Assembly (NCBI GenBank): GCA_963741205.1
Contig: CAVUHW010000022.1
Location: 64,001 to 128,000, forward strand
Source: Nitrospirota bacterium
GTDB lineage: Bacteria > Nitrospirota > UBA9217
DNA: 64,000 nucleotides
Reading direction: 5' to 3'
A program made the translations under genes and the position numbers. This document shows, in pieces, positions 30,201 through 41,353 of this stretch (its first letter is position 1; the number at the start of each line of letters is the position of its first letter). The notes under the pieces were generated by a model. The model saw only the letters and a program-made list of their open reading frames with translations. It did no database searches and had not been told where the DNA came from.

Positions 30201-31702
30201 TATCATCGCGAAGCGGGGGTTCCGCGTCCCTGCCGGGGTCGTATTTTCCGCACGCTTGACAGCCGGGTACGAGGCGGCCTTCAGCAGCGCGGACTCGGCC
30301 GCCGTGCTGAAACAGGCGGTCAAGCCCATCGAGAACAGTACAGGACAGGTGTTCGGCGACGGCGCAAATCCGCTCTTCCTCTCGGTCAGGAGCGGGTCCT
30401 ACGTGTCCATGCCGGGCATCCTCTCAGACCGTTCTCTACTGCGGCATGAACGGGAAAACGCTCCAGGGACTTCTGCAAACGACGCGTGACCCCCTGTTTG
30501 CCTGGGACTCGTACCGGAGGTTCATCGAACATTACGCGGAAGTGGTCATGGGCCTCGACAGCTCGATCTTTGACACGATCACCACCGAGGCATTGAAGGG
30601 CTTCGGTCTGGCAAGCCGGGAAGAATTAAATGCCGCTCAGTCGGAAGAGATCGTCGGACGTTTTGTCGACGAGTTGTCCCGCCGGGGCCTGGCAATCCCC
30701 GACGACGTCTACGAACAGCTCCGCCAGGCGGTCCTGGCGGTCTACGCATCGTGGAACAGCAAGCGGGCCGTGCAGTTCAGGAGGGCCACGAGGACCTCCG
30801 CCTAGTGGGGAACGTCGGTGACCCTGATGAAGATGGTATACGGCAACAGGGCCGGGTCGGGGACATCGGTGTTCTTCACGCGTAATCCATTTACAGGGGA
30901 AAAAGGGATCTACGGCGAGACCAGGGAGCGCGCAACCGGCGAAGACCTCGTGCACGGGAAACAACGCAATCGCCCCCTTGCGAAGAGCCTGAAGGAAACG
31001 AAAGCGCCCTCTTTCGCGGGAGATGTCGGAGAAAAAAACGGCGGGTATCAGAAGGCGCAGGGTTTGAACGAGAGCCTCGAGGAGACGGACCCGGAATTAT
31101 TCGCCTTGCACCAGAAGCTGGCGAGGGAGATCGAGGAGGCCATGGGCGGGCTGCCGCAGGAGGTGGAGGTCACGTACACGACCGAGGAGGACGGCGCACG
31201 GCGGATCTCGGTGCTCCAGACGCGGCGCATGGAACTCATCGCCGGGACGGCGGCCGCCTTCGACGAAATATGCCGCATGGAGGCGCAAATCATCGGCAGG
31301 GGCCTCGCGGCCCATGGAGGGGCTCGGAGCGGCGTTGTTTCGTTTGCAAAGACCCCCGAGGAAATTCTGCAATTGCGAAAGGAATCCGGAATGCCCGTCA
31401 TTCTCCTCCGGACTACGGCGAACACCGATGATGTCTCCCTCATGCCGGTAATCGGCGGCATTGTCACCGCCTCGGGCGGCGTGACCTCCCATGCCGCCGT
31501 GCTGGCAGGGAAGTTCGGTGTTGACGCCGTCGTGGCTTGCAGGGACATGACCATCGGTACGGACGAGAAGGGCGAATCCGTTGCCCGGATCGGGGAGGCC
31601 GTGCTCAGGGAGGGATCGTTCATCAGCATCGACGGAGCGGCGGGCCTGGTCTTTTCAGGCCTCTGCCTGGAGGCAGACAAGGAAGAAAAGGGATACGTTT
31701 GA
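27254..31702 (+). CDS. ~1480-aa PPDK-like protein: large N-terminal region, ATP-grasp domain and phospho-His swivel; no pyruvate-binding barrel
   Basis: LLGSKAKNL, VPAG, SVRSG...SMPG, FAWDSYRRF, WGT.V...MVYGN, GEDLV, VLQTR, GGVTSHAAV, IDG..G.V; frameshifts ~28700, ~30210, ~30430 and in-frame TAG 30803-30805. Confidence 0.75.
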
Positions 31703-31783
31703 GCCCTGCCCCGGGATGCTCCTCAGGAGGGCTGCAATTACCTTGGCGGAGGGACGCGGACGGGATGTCCGCTTTGTTTTCCT

Positions 31784-32617
31784 ATGATCGTTCCGAAAAG
31801 AAGACTCGGCAAAACCGGCGTTGATGTGACCATTCTCGGCCTAGGCGGAGAAGGCGTACTGAGGACCTATGGCCATGACCGAGAAGCCCGCGCCCTCATC
31901 AACCGGGCGCTCGACCTCGGTATAACCTATTGCGAATCCGCACGCGCCTACTCGGGAAGCGAATCTTACTACGGTCACGCGCTCAAGGAACGGCGCAAGG
32001 ATATATTTCTTACGAGCAAGTCCCACGCGCGGGACAAGCGCGGCGCGCTCGCGCATCTGCACGAGACCTTGAAGAACATGAAGACGGACCATCTCGATCT
32101 GTGGCAGGTGCACGACGTCAGGACCGAGGAGGACGTTGAGGATATCTTCGCAGAGGGAGGCGCCATCGAGGCCTTTGTCGAAGCGAAGGAAAAAGGCCTG
32201 ACGCGGTTCATCGGCGTTACGGGACATCACGATCCGCTTATCCTCCGGACTTGCATCAGACGGTTTGATTTTGACACGGTGCTTCTGCCCGTAAATCCCG
32301 GGGAGCCGACCTATAAAAGTTTTTTGAAGGAAGTGGTCCCCGCTGCGCTCGACAAAGAGATGGGGATTATCGGCATGAAAGTCTATTTCCGGGGGCTCGC
32401 AAGGAGGCTGCCGGGTTATTCGGGCATGGAGCCCTTTCTTCGTTTCGCCTTGTCGCAACCGGTCACGAACGTGGTCATCGGATGTGACGATGTGGCGCAG
32501 CTGGAAGTGAACGTCAACTTTGCAGGCTCGTTCAAGCCGATGGCAGAAGACGAGAGGGAAGAGCTGGTCCGCCGTGTTTCGCCCTTTGCGAGAGAGCTGA
32601 TGTATTATAAGCCTTGA
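31784..32617 (+). CDS. Aldo/keto reductase
   Basis: RRLGKTG, SESYYG, IFLTSK, DHLDLWQVH, RFIGVTGH. Confidence 0.9.
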   Translation: MIVPKRRLGKTGVDVTILGLGGEGVLRTYGHDREARALINRALDLGITYCESARAYSGSESYYGHALKERRKDIFLTSKSHARDKRGALAHLHETLKNMKTDHLDLWQVHDVRTEEDVEDIFAEGGAIEAFVEAKEKGLTRFIGVTGHHDPLILRTCIRRFDFDTVLLPVNPGEPTYKSFLKEVVPAALDKEMGIIGMKVYFRGLARRLPGYSGMEPFLRFALSQPVTNVVIGCDDVAQLEVNVNFAGSFKPMAEDEREELVRRVSPFARELMYYKP

Positions 32618-32685
32618 GCTTCGGAGGTCGCTTACCTCTCCGTTTTTACAAGCGCTCCTCTTTTCTTCCCGTCGATTTCAAACTG

Positions 32686-32724
32686 AAAAAAAATAAGGGC
32701 CGTCGTTTTTTACGACCGGCCCTT
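32686..32724 (-). terminator. Intrinsic terminator
   Basis: AAGGGCCG-TCGT...ACGA-c-CGGCCCTT stem next to an A-tract. Confidence 0.6.
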
Positions 32725-32760
32725 CCGCATCATGGAGATGCGTCTGCAAGCTCTGAAGTC

Positions 32761-33339
32761 CTACATGCCCATCGCCGAGAACGTGACCTCAACCGGTGAT
32801 CCTACCATGGGATGTTCACCCGGGACTATATGGCATACCTCGTTGAGCTTGTAGGTGCCCTTCATCCCTTTGAGATCAGCAAACGCGCCGATCGCATCCG
32901 CTACGACAAAGTCGCCTTTGGAGTACAGCGTCTTCGTCATCATTGCGAGGTCCTTGGTTTTCGTGGCCGTGCCGCTGTACATCAGGACGATCTTGTCGGC
33001 GCCGGCTGTAAGTTCAACCACACCCTCGTGCTCGAACATGAGGGGCATCGTGCCTGCTATCAGCGTCAGGTTGTTCGTCACAAGCGCGTCTCCCATGTAG
33101 GACGCTCCGTTGATGCTGAATCCGCCCATCCCCTTGACGTTGTGGCCCCTGACTATGATGGTCTGTGGCACGCCTTCCTTCACCACAACGGTGAGGTCGC
33201 CAAGCTGTGAAATGGCAAGCGTTGCCGGACCGAAATCAACGGTTGCCGCCGCGGCCCTGCTTGCAAGCACCGGCAGTAACACCATGCTCACGGCTACTGC
33301 CATCATTAATAGTTTTTTCGTCGTCTTCATGATCCTCAT
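32761..33339 (-). CDS. Secreted beta-rich hypothetical protein
   Basis: Signal peptide (..RAAAA); GAGGAGG RBS; alternative start at 33330. Confidence 0.7.
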   Translation of the reverse strand: MRIMKTTKKLLMMAVAVSMVLLPVLASRAAAATVDFGPATLAISQLGDLTVVVKEGVPQTIIVRGHNVKGMGGFSINGASYMGDALVTNNLTLIAGTMPLMFEHEGVVELTAGADKIVLMYSGTATKTKDLAMMTKTLYSKGDFVVADAIGAFADLKGMKGTYKLNEVCHIVPGEHPMVGSPVEVTFSAMGM

Positions 33340-33552
33340 ACCTCCTCACCCTCACTTCTACAGGAGTAAGAAGAGAATTACTCCTTCGGCGCACACTACT
33401 GCGCAGCCGGAGGGTTCTAAAAAAGGCCGTTCCTATCTTTCTATATATTAAGATAACACAAGTTGCGCAACTCGGCAACATTGAGGGGCCGTCTCGTAAT
33501 ACTTAGGATTCATTAAGAGATGATCTTAAGAACTACGATCAGTCTTTGGTTT

Positions 33553-34674
33553 CTATTCGTTGTTGACTACGACGAGTGCGGGTATGTGAAGCGGAGGGGT
33601 GATCGAGTTAAACACAAAATTATTTTGTCCTGCAGCGTCCTTTTCTCGCAGTTGCCCGCATGCGGCCGAAATGTCCCTGCCGCGCGATTCGCGAACCGGC
33701 GCCGTGTAGTTGTGGTCCAAGAGGATTTTTTGGAAGCGCCGCACCGCCGCATCATCGGGCCTCTTGAATTCGCTTCCCGGAAAAGGATTGAACGGGATGA
33801 GGTTCACCTTGCACTTGATGCCCCGGAGGAGCTTCGCAAGACGCAGGGCATCTTCAACAGAATCATTCACTCCTTTTAACATTACATATTCGATGGTGAT
33901 CCTCCGTCTCGGCTCCAAGGGGAAACGTCTGCAGGAGTCCAGAAGCTCTTTGATCGGATAGCGTCGGTTCACCGGCATGATCCGGTCCCGCACCTCGTCT
34001 GTCGTTGCGTTGAGCGAGACAGCCAGATTCACCTTGAGCCCCGACTTTCCCAACTGTCCGATTGCCGGAACCAGCCCGTCCGTTGAAACCGTCACGCGCC
34101 TCGGCGAAAAACCAAGCCCTTCGTCGGATGTGATGATCGTCAGCGCTTTCATGACTTCATCGAAGTTCGCCAGCGGCTCTCCCATACCCATGAGCACGAT
34201 GTTCGTGATGCCCCGCGAACCTTCCCGCTTCAGAATGCGGGAAACTTCCAGCACCTGGTCGGCGATCTCGAAGGCCGTCAGGTCCCTCACAAACCCTCCG
34301 CTTCCGGTCAGACAGAAGCGGCACGCCTGCCGGCACCCAACCTGCGACGAAATGCAGAGCGTCTGCCGGTCTTCATCGGGGATCAACACGCTTTCGATCG
34401 TATGCCTGTCCTCGAGCTCGAAAAGGAATTTTCTCGTGCCGTCGGAGGAAACTTCAGTCCTGGCAACAACCGGCGTTGACAGGACGAAGGCCGCTGACAG
34501 AACGGCACGGTCCTGTTTTGCGATATTCATCATGTCATCAAAAGATGAGCAGTAGTTTGAATATATCCATTTGAGGACCTGGTCCGCCCGGTAGTGTTTG
34601 AGCCCGAGTTCGGTCATCCTGGACCTCAGTTCTTCACGGGTCAGGGACTTGATGTTTATGCGGGAACTCGTCAT
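33553..34674 (-). CDS. rlmN: Dual-specificity RNA methyltransferase RlmN
   Basis: CISSQVGCRQACRFC, MGMGEP, NLIPFNP, RGRDISAACGQL. Confidence 0.96.
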   Translation of the reverse strand: MTSSRINIKSLTREELRSRMTELGLKHYRADQVLKWIYSNYCSSFDDMMNIAKQDRAVLSAAFVLSTPVVARTEVSSDGTRKFLFELEDRHTIESVLIPDEDRQTLCISSQVGCRQACRFCLTGSGGFVRDLTAFEIADQVLEVSRILKREGSRGITNIVLMGMGEPLANFDEVMKALTIITSDEGLGFSPRRVTVSTDGLVPAIGQLGKSGLKVNLAVSLNATTDEVRDRIMPVNRRYPIKELLDSCRRFPLEPRRRITIEYVMLKGVNDSVEDALRLAKLLRGIKCKVNLIPFNPFPGSEFKRPDDAAVRRFQKILLDHNYTAPVRESRGRDISAACGQLREKDAAGQNNFVFNSITPPLHIPALVVVNNE

Positions 34675-34887
34675 AAGCTTGATACCTCAACGGACTGTAA
34701 CACCTTTATTGACGAAAATCAAGATGACAAACGGCGGCTCCTGGATGCCGGCGTTGTAGTTTTTCCGGGCAGTTTGTTTCAATTGAACAAACTGTAATAT
34801 GCTGTTTTCTATTGATTTTTCTGTTAAGTACAAATGTTGCTACATTCCAACAGGGAGCAAATTTATTATGAGGAGATCAGCATATCA

Positions 34888-35283
34888 ATGACTGTACGAG
34901 TGGAAACAAAGAGGATTCTTATTGTCGATGACGAGCCGACCATCCTGCTCACGCTTTCTTATGCCTTGCGGTCCACCGATGTCGAGGTTATCACCGCGAG
35001 CAGACTGGAGCCTGCTGAAGAGGCTCTGAGCCGGTATCATTTTGATCTTGTCATCGTCGATGTTCGAATGTCGGGCGTGCTCGGGATAGAAGGGCTCGAA
35101 CTGCTCAGTTATATCAAGCGGAACTGGCCTGAGACGGAGGTCATCGTCATGACCGCTTACGGGTCGGAAGAGATGAAGAAGGACGCCTATGAACGGGGGG
35201 CGAAATTTTACTACAACAAGCCCATCGATTTCGACGATCTTTTTCAGCAGGTCCGCAGCCTGGATATTCCTGTGAAGCAATGA
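34888..35283 (+). CDS. Single-domain response regulator
   Basis: IVDDE, DVRM, MTAYG, YYNKP. Confidence 0.88.
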   Translation: MTVRVETKRILIVDDEPTILLTLSYALRSTDVEVITASRLEPAEEALSRYHFDLVIVDVRMSGVLGIEGLELLSYIKRNWPETEVIVMTAYGSEEMKKDAYERGAKFYYNKPIDFDDLFQQVRSLDIPVKQ

Positions 35284-35361
35284 GAGGTCCCGGCAGTTTG
35301 TGTGGATCGACTGCCAAGCGGCTGACGGGATAAAGGCAGGAGGACGGAAGGGGGGCAAACA

Positions 35362-35739
35362 ATGATTAAAAAAGTTCTGGTTGTAGATGATTCGGCGCTG
35401 GTCCACCAGATGTATAAAATGGTGCTTACGCGCTATAAATGCAATATCATCCATGCATTGAATGGACAAGACGGGCTTGATAAGCTTGAACAGCATCCTG
35501 ACGCGAACCTGATCCTCCTCGACATCAACATGCCGTTAATGAACGGGCTCGAGTTCATCAAAAAGATGAAGGAGATCGGGAAATATGACCACGTTCCGAT
35601 CATCATCGTGAGCACCGAAGGCAAGGAAGAAGACACCATGCGGGGCCTCGCCCTCGGCGCCGGGGGATATGTAAAGAAGCCCTTTCAGCCCAGAGACCTG
35701 CATGCCTTGATCGCCAAGCTGTGTCCCGCAGCCGCATAG
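35362..35739 (+). CDS. CheY-like response regulator
   Basis: VVDDS, LDINMP.MNG, STE, YVKKPF. Confidence 0.92.
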   Translation: MIKKVLVVDDSALVHQMYKMVLTRYKCNIIHALNGQDGLDKLEQHPDANLILLDINMPLMNGLEFIKKMKEIGKYDHVPIIIVSTEGKEEDTMRGLALGAGGYVKKPFQPRDLHALIAKLCPAAA

Positions 35740-36246
35740 CCGTCCAGACGCAGTCAGGCATAATGCTCGCCTTGCGTTTGGAAAAGCAGCAAGGCACGGG
35801 CCAAAAATTAGCATAGCGGGTGGCCCTGCTGCTGGTACAGCACCATGTATTCCTTCTCCAACATCGGCAAATTTGGACTGAGGCATATCAAACCGATGGT
35901 CTTTTTTGCCCCTCTCCCGGATAACAGCCTGCTTCGTGCGCAGATCGTCAAACTCCGACATCTTTTCTTCCGCGTCAGGCTTGGCAGGCTGTATTCGTCC
36001 CTGCTAGCAGCCGCTTCGCTGCTCCTGCTCCCGGTCATTTGTTTATCAGGTCGTTCAGTCGGCCGTTATATCGAACCCGGTATTTTTTCAATCTGACTGT
36101 AAAAAACGCCTCCGCCCGGTTTCCGACAATATCGTTCATGAAATTCGATAGATGGACAGCCGTTCTTTCGTGGTGGGCGGCAACTTCGGTGTTTTAGCGG
36201 CAAAAACCATTACCCCGGTGCGCTTCCCAAGGCAGCCAAAAAAACC

Positions 36247-36276
36247 TTGACACTTCCGCTTCATAGATGTTATTTT
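36247..36276 (+). promoter_or_regulatory. Sigma-70 promoter at the start of the Wood-Ljungdahl cluster
   Basis: TTGACA-N18-TATTTT with extended TG. Confidence 0.55.
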
Positions 36277-36302
36277 AATCCTCGAGTTTCGAGGTGATTT
36301 GT

Positions 36303-37082
36303 TTGAAAATTGCGATTACCGGCAAGGGCGGAGTTGGTAAAACCACACTGGCCGGCCTTTTGGCGCGTCTGTACGCGTCGGAGGGCAAGAAGGTGCTTGC
36401 AGTGGACGCGGATCCGGATGCGAACCTCGCCTCAGCTTTGGGCATCTCGCCCGAGGTCGCGGCCCGCGCCCTGCCGCTTGCGGAACAGTCGGACCTGATC
36501 GAGGAGCGCACTGGTTCCCGGCCCGGCAAGCCCGGTGGCATGTTCAGCCTCAATCCGAAAGTTGACGACATCCCTGACGCGTATGCCGTCAGCCATGAGG
36601 GTGTGCGGCTTTTGGTCGTCGGAAAATCCAAGGAAGCCGGGTCGGGGTGCTACTGCCCGGAGAATGTGCTCCTGCGGCGGCTCATCAGCCATTTGATCCT
36701 TCGGCTGGACGAGGTGGTCATCCTCGACATGGAGGCTGGTATTGAGCACCTGACACGCGGCACCGCGGGCGGCGTCAATGCGTTTATCGTTGTGGTGGAA
36801 CCCGGCCAGCGAAGCATGCAGACCGCGCGACAGATAGAATCGCTCGCGCGCGGCCTGGGCGTAAAGGATGTTTTCGTGGTCGGCAACAAGATCCGGCAGG
36901 AGTCGGAGAAGGATTTTATTGCCGCCCATCTCAAGGGGATGACCTTTCTCGGCTTCATGAGTTACACCGCCGACGCGGTCGCGGCCGACCTCGACGGCAA
37001 GTCTCCATACGACGCTTCGCCCGCCACAAGGGACGAGGCGAAAAAGATCAAGATCGCGCTCGATCAGTTGATCAAAAAGTGA
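36303..37082 (+). CDS. cooC: CooC/AcsF nickel-insertion ATPase
   Basis: GKGGVGKT, VDADP, GCYCP, DMEAGIEHLTRG; TTG start. Confidence 0.93.
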   Translation: MKIAITGKGGVGKTTLAGLLARLYASEGKKVLAVDADPDANLASALGISPEVAARALPLAEQSDLIEERTGSRPGKPGGMFSLNPKVDDIPDAYAVSHEGVRLLVVGKSKEAGSGCYCPENVLLRRLISHLILRLDEVVILDMEAGIEHLTRGTAGGVNAFIVVVEPGQRSMQTARQIESLARGLGVKDVFVVGNKIRQESEKDFIAAHLKGMTFLGFMSYTADAVAADLDGKSPYDASPATRDEAKKIKIALDQLIKK

Positions 37083-37137
37083 GAATCGTTTCGCCACGGA
37101 TGGGCCCTGATCGATCGCTTCCGAAGCCTGCTAGAGT

Positions 37138-37701
37138 TTGCCCTTGAAAAAGATTCTCCGAAAACGAGTTCTGTCAGCTCGGGACAGTCTGTCCCCGAAG
37201 GAGAGGGCAATAAAAAGCCGGGAGCTAGCAGCGCGCCTCTTCTCTCTCCCGGAATTCACCACAGCGCGCAAAGTCATGTTCTTTGCATCATTCCGGAGCG
37301 AAGTGGAGACCGGCCCCATGATCAGGCACGCGCTCGCCTCCGGTAAACGGGTCATCCTTCCCAAGGTATCGGGCAAAGAGCTTGCCTTGTTCGAGATCAG
37401 AGACCTCGATAAGGATGTTGCTCCCGGCGCCTGGGACATTCCGGAGCCTGTTACGTCCCACCCCGCGGAACTGGCGGAAATCGACCTCATCATAACCCCC
37501 GGGGCCGCCTTCGACGAGCGCGGCAACCGGCTTGGTTACGGCGCTGGATTTTACGACAGGATCCTTTCTGCGTTTACCGGGACGACCATCGCGCTTGCCT
37601 TTGAGGCGCAGATCGTGCCGGAGGTCCCCACTGATGAACACGACATTCCGGTGAAGAAGATCGTGACGGAGAAGAGGGTCATAACGGCGCATAGCGCATA
37701 G
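37138..37701 (+). CDS. ygfA: 5-formyltetrahydrofolate cyclo-ligase
   Basis: [30 protein letters not shown]. Confidence 0.93.
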   Translation: MPLKKILRKRVLSARDSLSPKERAIKSRELAARLFSLPEFTTARKVMFFASFRSEVETGPMIRHALASGKRVILPKVSGKELALFEIRDLDKDVAPGAWDIPEPVTSHPAELAEIDLIITPGAAFDERGNRLGYGAGFYDRILSAFTGTTIALAFEAQIVPEVPTDEHDIPVKKIVTEKRVITAHSA

Positions 37702-37736
37702 CGCAAAAGACCATGCCATGCGCCATGCTCTTTGCG
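37687..37736. repeat. Inverted heptamer tandem repeat element (GCGCATA / CCATGCG)
   Basis: gcgcata gcgcata gcgcaaa ... ccatgcg ccatgct ctttgcg; same family as 63033-63116. Confidence 0.6.
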
Positions 37737-37750
37737 AAGTTTTGAAGCCC

Positions 37751-38317
37751 ATGGATACGAAGAAAATCGAAAAGGGCGTCAAGCTCATCATCGAAGGCAT
37801 CGGGGAAGATCCGAACCGGCCGGGGCTCAAGAGCACGCCGTCGCGCGTGGCGGAGATGTTTGTCGAAATTTTCTCCGGCATCGCAATGGATACCGGAAAG
37901 CTTATCAAACCCATGGTTGGCGAGAGCCATGACGAGATGGTCATGATCCGCGATATACCCTTTTTTTCGGTCTGCGAACACCATCTCCTCCCGTTTTTCG
38001 GCAAGGCGCACATCGCCTACATACCGGGCGCGGGCAAGATCGTGGGCATCAGTTCGCTTGCCAAGGCACTGGAAGTCTTCGCCAAGAGGCCCCAGGTGCA
38101 GGAGCGGCTGACGGCGCAATTCATCGACCTGATCGTCGAACGTCTCAGGCCCAAGGGCGCCATGGTCGTGATTGACGCCGAACATCTCTGCATGAGCATG
38201 CGCGGCGTGAAGAAGCCGGGCGCCCGCGTCGTCACCTCGGCGGTGCGGGGCAGTTTCCGCAGCAAGGAATCCACGCGCATGGAGATGCTGGAACTCCTGA
38301 CGAAGCAGGAAAGGTAA
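37751..38317 (+). CDS. folE: GTP cyclohydrolase I
   Basis: [38 protein letters not shown]. Confidence 0.96.
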   Translation: MDTKKIEKGVKLIIEGIGEDPNRPGLKSTPSRVAEMFVEIFSGIAMDTGKLIKPMVGESHDEMVMIRDIPFFSVCEHHLLPFFGKAHIAYIPGAGKIVGISSLAKALEVFAKRPQVQERLTAQFIDLIVERLRPKGAMVVIDAEHLCMSMRGVKKPGARVVTSAVRGSFRSKESTRMEMLELLTKQER

Positions 38318-38487
38318 CCGGGAAACGCCAGAGAAAAGATCAGCATACAGTTCATGAGGCGGGAAAAAGAGGAAGGACAAAGTACCAAATCAAGGAGTTT
38401 CAGATCTCGTTAATAAAGTTTTTTTCTTTCTATTTTCCTTCTAAAGTCCGATAATACCATGTTAATCTAAAAACGTAGGAGCTACCC

Positions 38488-40590
38488 ATGGCACCACAAA
38501 AGACCGATGAAGCACAGAAGCCGTACCGGCCCTATGGCGCCGATATCAAGGAAACGAGACCCTACTCCCCCTGCCGGGCGGCCTGCCCGGCGCATACGGA
38601 CGTGCAGGCCTATGTAGGGCTGATCGCCCAGGGAAGGTATACCGAGGCGTTCGAGGTCATCACCGCGCCGAACCCGGTCGCTTCGGTCTGCTCGATGATC
38701 TGCCATCATCCCTGCGAGCAGTCATGCCGCCGATGCGGCGTGGATGAACCTCTTTCAGTCCGCCACTTGAAACGCTTCGCCATTGAAAAATCCACGGACT
38801 ACCGCCGAGCCAGGCGCCGGCTCATGCCGAAAACGAAGAACAAGAGCATCGGTATCGTCGGCTCCGGCCCGGCCGGGCTCACCGCGGCGAACGACCTCGC
38901 TAAATATCGGCTACAGCGTCACGATCTACGAACGCCATCCCGCTCTGGGCGGTATGCTGGTCTCGGCAATCCCTCCCTACCGGCTTCCGCGGGAAGTGCT
39001 GAAGGAAGACATCGACGACGTGGTTTCGAAGGGCATCGAGGTGAAGACGAATTGTGAGATCGGCAGGGACGTCACGTTTGACGACCTCACGAAGAAGCAC
39101 GATGCCGTGCTCGTGGCCATCGGCCTTTCCCTGAGCCGCTCTATCCCGATCCCCGGTGTGGAAGGCCCGGGTATCCTGCTCGCTATTCCGTTTCTGACCG
39201 ATGTGGCCTTTGGTAAAAAGCCCGCTCTGGGTAAAAAAGTTCTCGTCATCGGCGGCGGAAACGTGGCCATGGACGTGGCCCGTACCGCCCGCAGGCTCGG
39301 GGTCAAGGATGTGTCAATGGTCTGCCTGGAGAGCGCCGAAGAAATGCCGGCATGGAAATGGGAAGTGGACGAAGCCCTTGAGGAAAGCATCAAAATAAGC
39401 CACCGCTGGGGCCCCAAGGCGGTGAAACGCGACGGAGACAAGGTCCTGGGCCTCGAGGTGAAGAAGGTAAAATCCGTCTTCGACGCAAACGGCCGGTTCA
39501 ATCCCGCCTATGATGAGAACCAGACGACGCTCCTCGAGGCGGACACGATCATTATAACCATCGGCCAGATGTCGAACCTTTCGTTCCTCAAGGACACGGC
39601 AGTCAAAATAGACGAGCGCGGAAGGGTCGAGTGGAACCAGGCGACCCAGATGAGCAGCGCCAAGGGCGTGTTCCTGTCCGGCGAGGTCGTGACCGGGCCG
39701 GGCTCGGCCATTGCCGCCGTGGCGAACGGCCATCGCGCCGCGCTTGCGATTCATCTTTACTGCCAGGGAGAGACGATCGAAGGAAAGCTCCCCTCACAGG
39801 AGAAGGAAAAGATCGCCCAGATGCCCCCGGACCTCGTCGAGAAGATAGGCAAGGAACCGCGGGTCAAGATCAAGCACCTCGCTCCCGAAGTCCGGTGCGA
39901 CGCCATGGTCCACTTCGAGATCGGCTACGACGAGACCGAAGCGCTCAAGGAAGCCGGCCGGTGCCGGGGCTGTGGAGGCGGCGCGGTCGTGGACAAGAAC
40001 AAGTGCATGGCCTGCCTCACCTGCATGCGTATCTGCCCCTACGGCGCGCCGGTGGTCACGTCCCATTCAGAGATCACGGCCCGAGTACTGCCAGGCCTGC
40101 GGCCTCTGCGCTCCTGAGTGCCCCGGCGAGGCGATCAGCATGGTGAGCTACGACATTCGGGATCATAGGAGCAACATGGCTGAATGTCGTCGGCAAGGTT
40201 GACGCGAAGAGGCAGGAGCCGGTGATCGTCGCCTTCATGTGCACGCACCATGTCGGAGTCCTGGGCTTCGATGTTACGAAAAATGTTAAAACCGTTCCGG
40301 TCCACTGCACGAGCCGGATCGACGTCCTCGATATCTTGAAGGCCGTTGAAAGCGGCGCCGACGGCGTGGCTGTCGTCCGGTGCGGGGACGCGACATGCAA
40401 GTACCGGGACATCGAGCCGCGCGTGAACGCGCGCGTAAAGCGGGCACAGGAACTGATCGGAGCGCTGGGAATCGAGAAGGGACGAATCGAAATCCTTTCG
40501 GCAACATCCGGCAATGGCGGTAATCCCTACGCGGCGGTATGCGCGGAGTTTTCAGAGAGAGTCAAGAAGATGGGGATGAGGGTGAAGTAA
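38488..40590 (+). CDS. GltD/NfnB-like FAD-NAD(P)H oxidoreductase fused to 2x[4Fe-4S] and an MvhD/FlpD domain (~700 aa; frameshifts ~38900, ~40077, ~40181)
   Basis: PCRAACP..VCSMICHHPCEQSC; GSGPAG; GGGNVAMD; EAGRCRGC; CMACLTCMRICP and CQACGLCAPECP; IVAFMC..VHCTSRID..GADGV..C....CKY. Confidence 0.8.
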
Positions 40591-40633
40591 TCGTTATTCG
40601 ATTCGAAATCGAAACAATAAGGAGTGTTGAACT

Positions 40634-41353
40634 ATGATCGTTGGATCACAAAAACCAATCGATGAAATCTGGGGCATGGTAAAGGACTTCAAGAAGGTCC
40701 TGGTGTTCGGGTGCAACACCTGCGTGGCCATCTGCCATGCAGGCGGCGAGAAAGAGGCGGAGACCATCGCCTCGCTGATCCGCATGCGCGCCTCGCAGGA
40801 AGGGAAAGAGATGACGGTAGGCCACCTCGGGGTGATGCGCCACTGCGAGCCGGAGTATTTCGACCCGGTGATGGATGAGGTGAAGAAGTACGACCTCGTG
40901 CTCTCCACGGCCTGCGGGGTGGGCGTAAACTTTCTGTCCGACCGGACCGGGACGATCCCCGTCTATCCCGGCATCAACACCTCGTTTTACGGCGCCGTAG
41001 AAGCGCCGGGCCTTTTTAAGGAGCTCTGCGCGGGCTGCGGCAACTGCATCGTGCATCTGACCGGCGGCCTCTGCCCCATCGCGCGCTGCTCCAAGACACT
41101 CATGAACGGGCCCTGCGGAGGCACGAACAAGGGCAAGTGCGAGGTCAGTCGAACGAGGTCGACTGCATCTGGTACCTGATCGTGGAGCGGATGAAGAAGC
41201 TCGGCACCCTGGAGAAGCTCTCGGAGATCCAACCGCCGCGCAACTGGTCTACGTCGCGTGACGGCGGACCGCGCACGCATATCGCTTGAACATATCCGGG
41301 AGTTCGAGGAGAAGGAAGAAGCGAAGACTGAGACAGCGGGAGGGAAGAAATAA
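40634..41353 (+). CDS. metV: Methylene-THF reductase subunit MetV (frameshifts ~41150, ~41281)
   Basis: GCNTCVAIC, ACGVG, CAGCGNC..TGGLCPIARCSKTLMNGPCGG..GKCEV..CIW; TAA overlaps the metF ATG. Confidence 0.88.

Noticed and set aside
30803-30805. In-frame TAG in the PPDK-like gene as possible pyrrolysine or read-through
   Set aside because: It lies at a variable position before WGT, no pyl genes are in the window and the contig is error-rich; a substitution error or nonsense mutation is more likely.
20508-33470. Shared AAGTTGCGCAA motif upstream of hydB (~20508) and the secreted protein gene (~33460)
   Set aside because: Only two short occurrences, which cannot be distinguished from chance without a genome-wide scan.
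35808-36096. Short ORFs between the receiver pair and cooC
   Set aside because: No RBS, recognisable motif or consistent codon bias in any frame I read.
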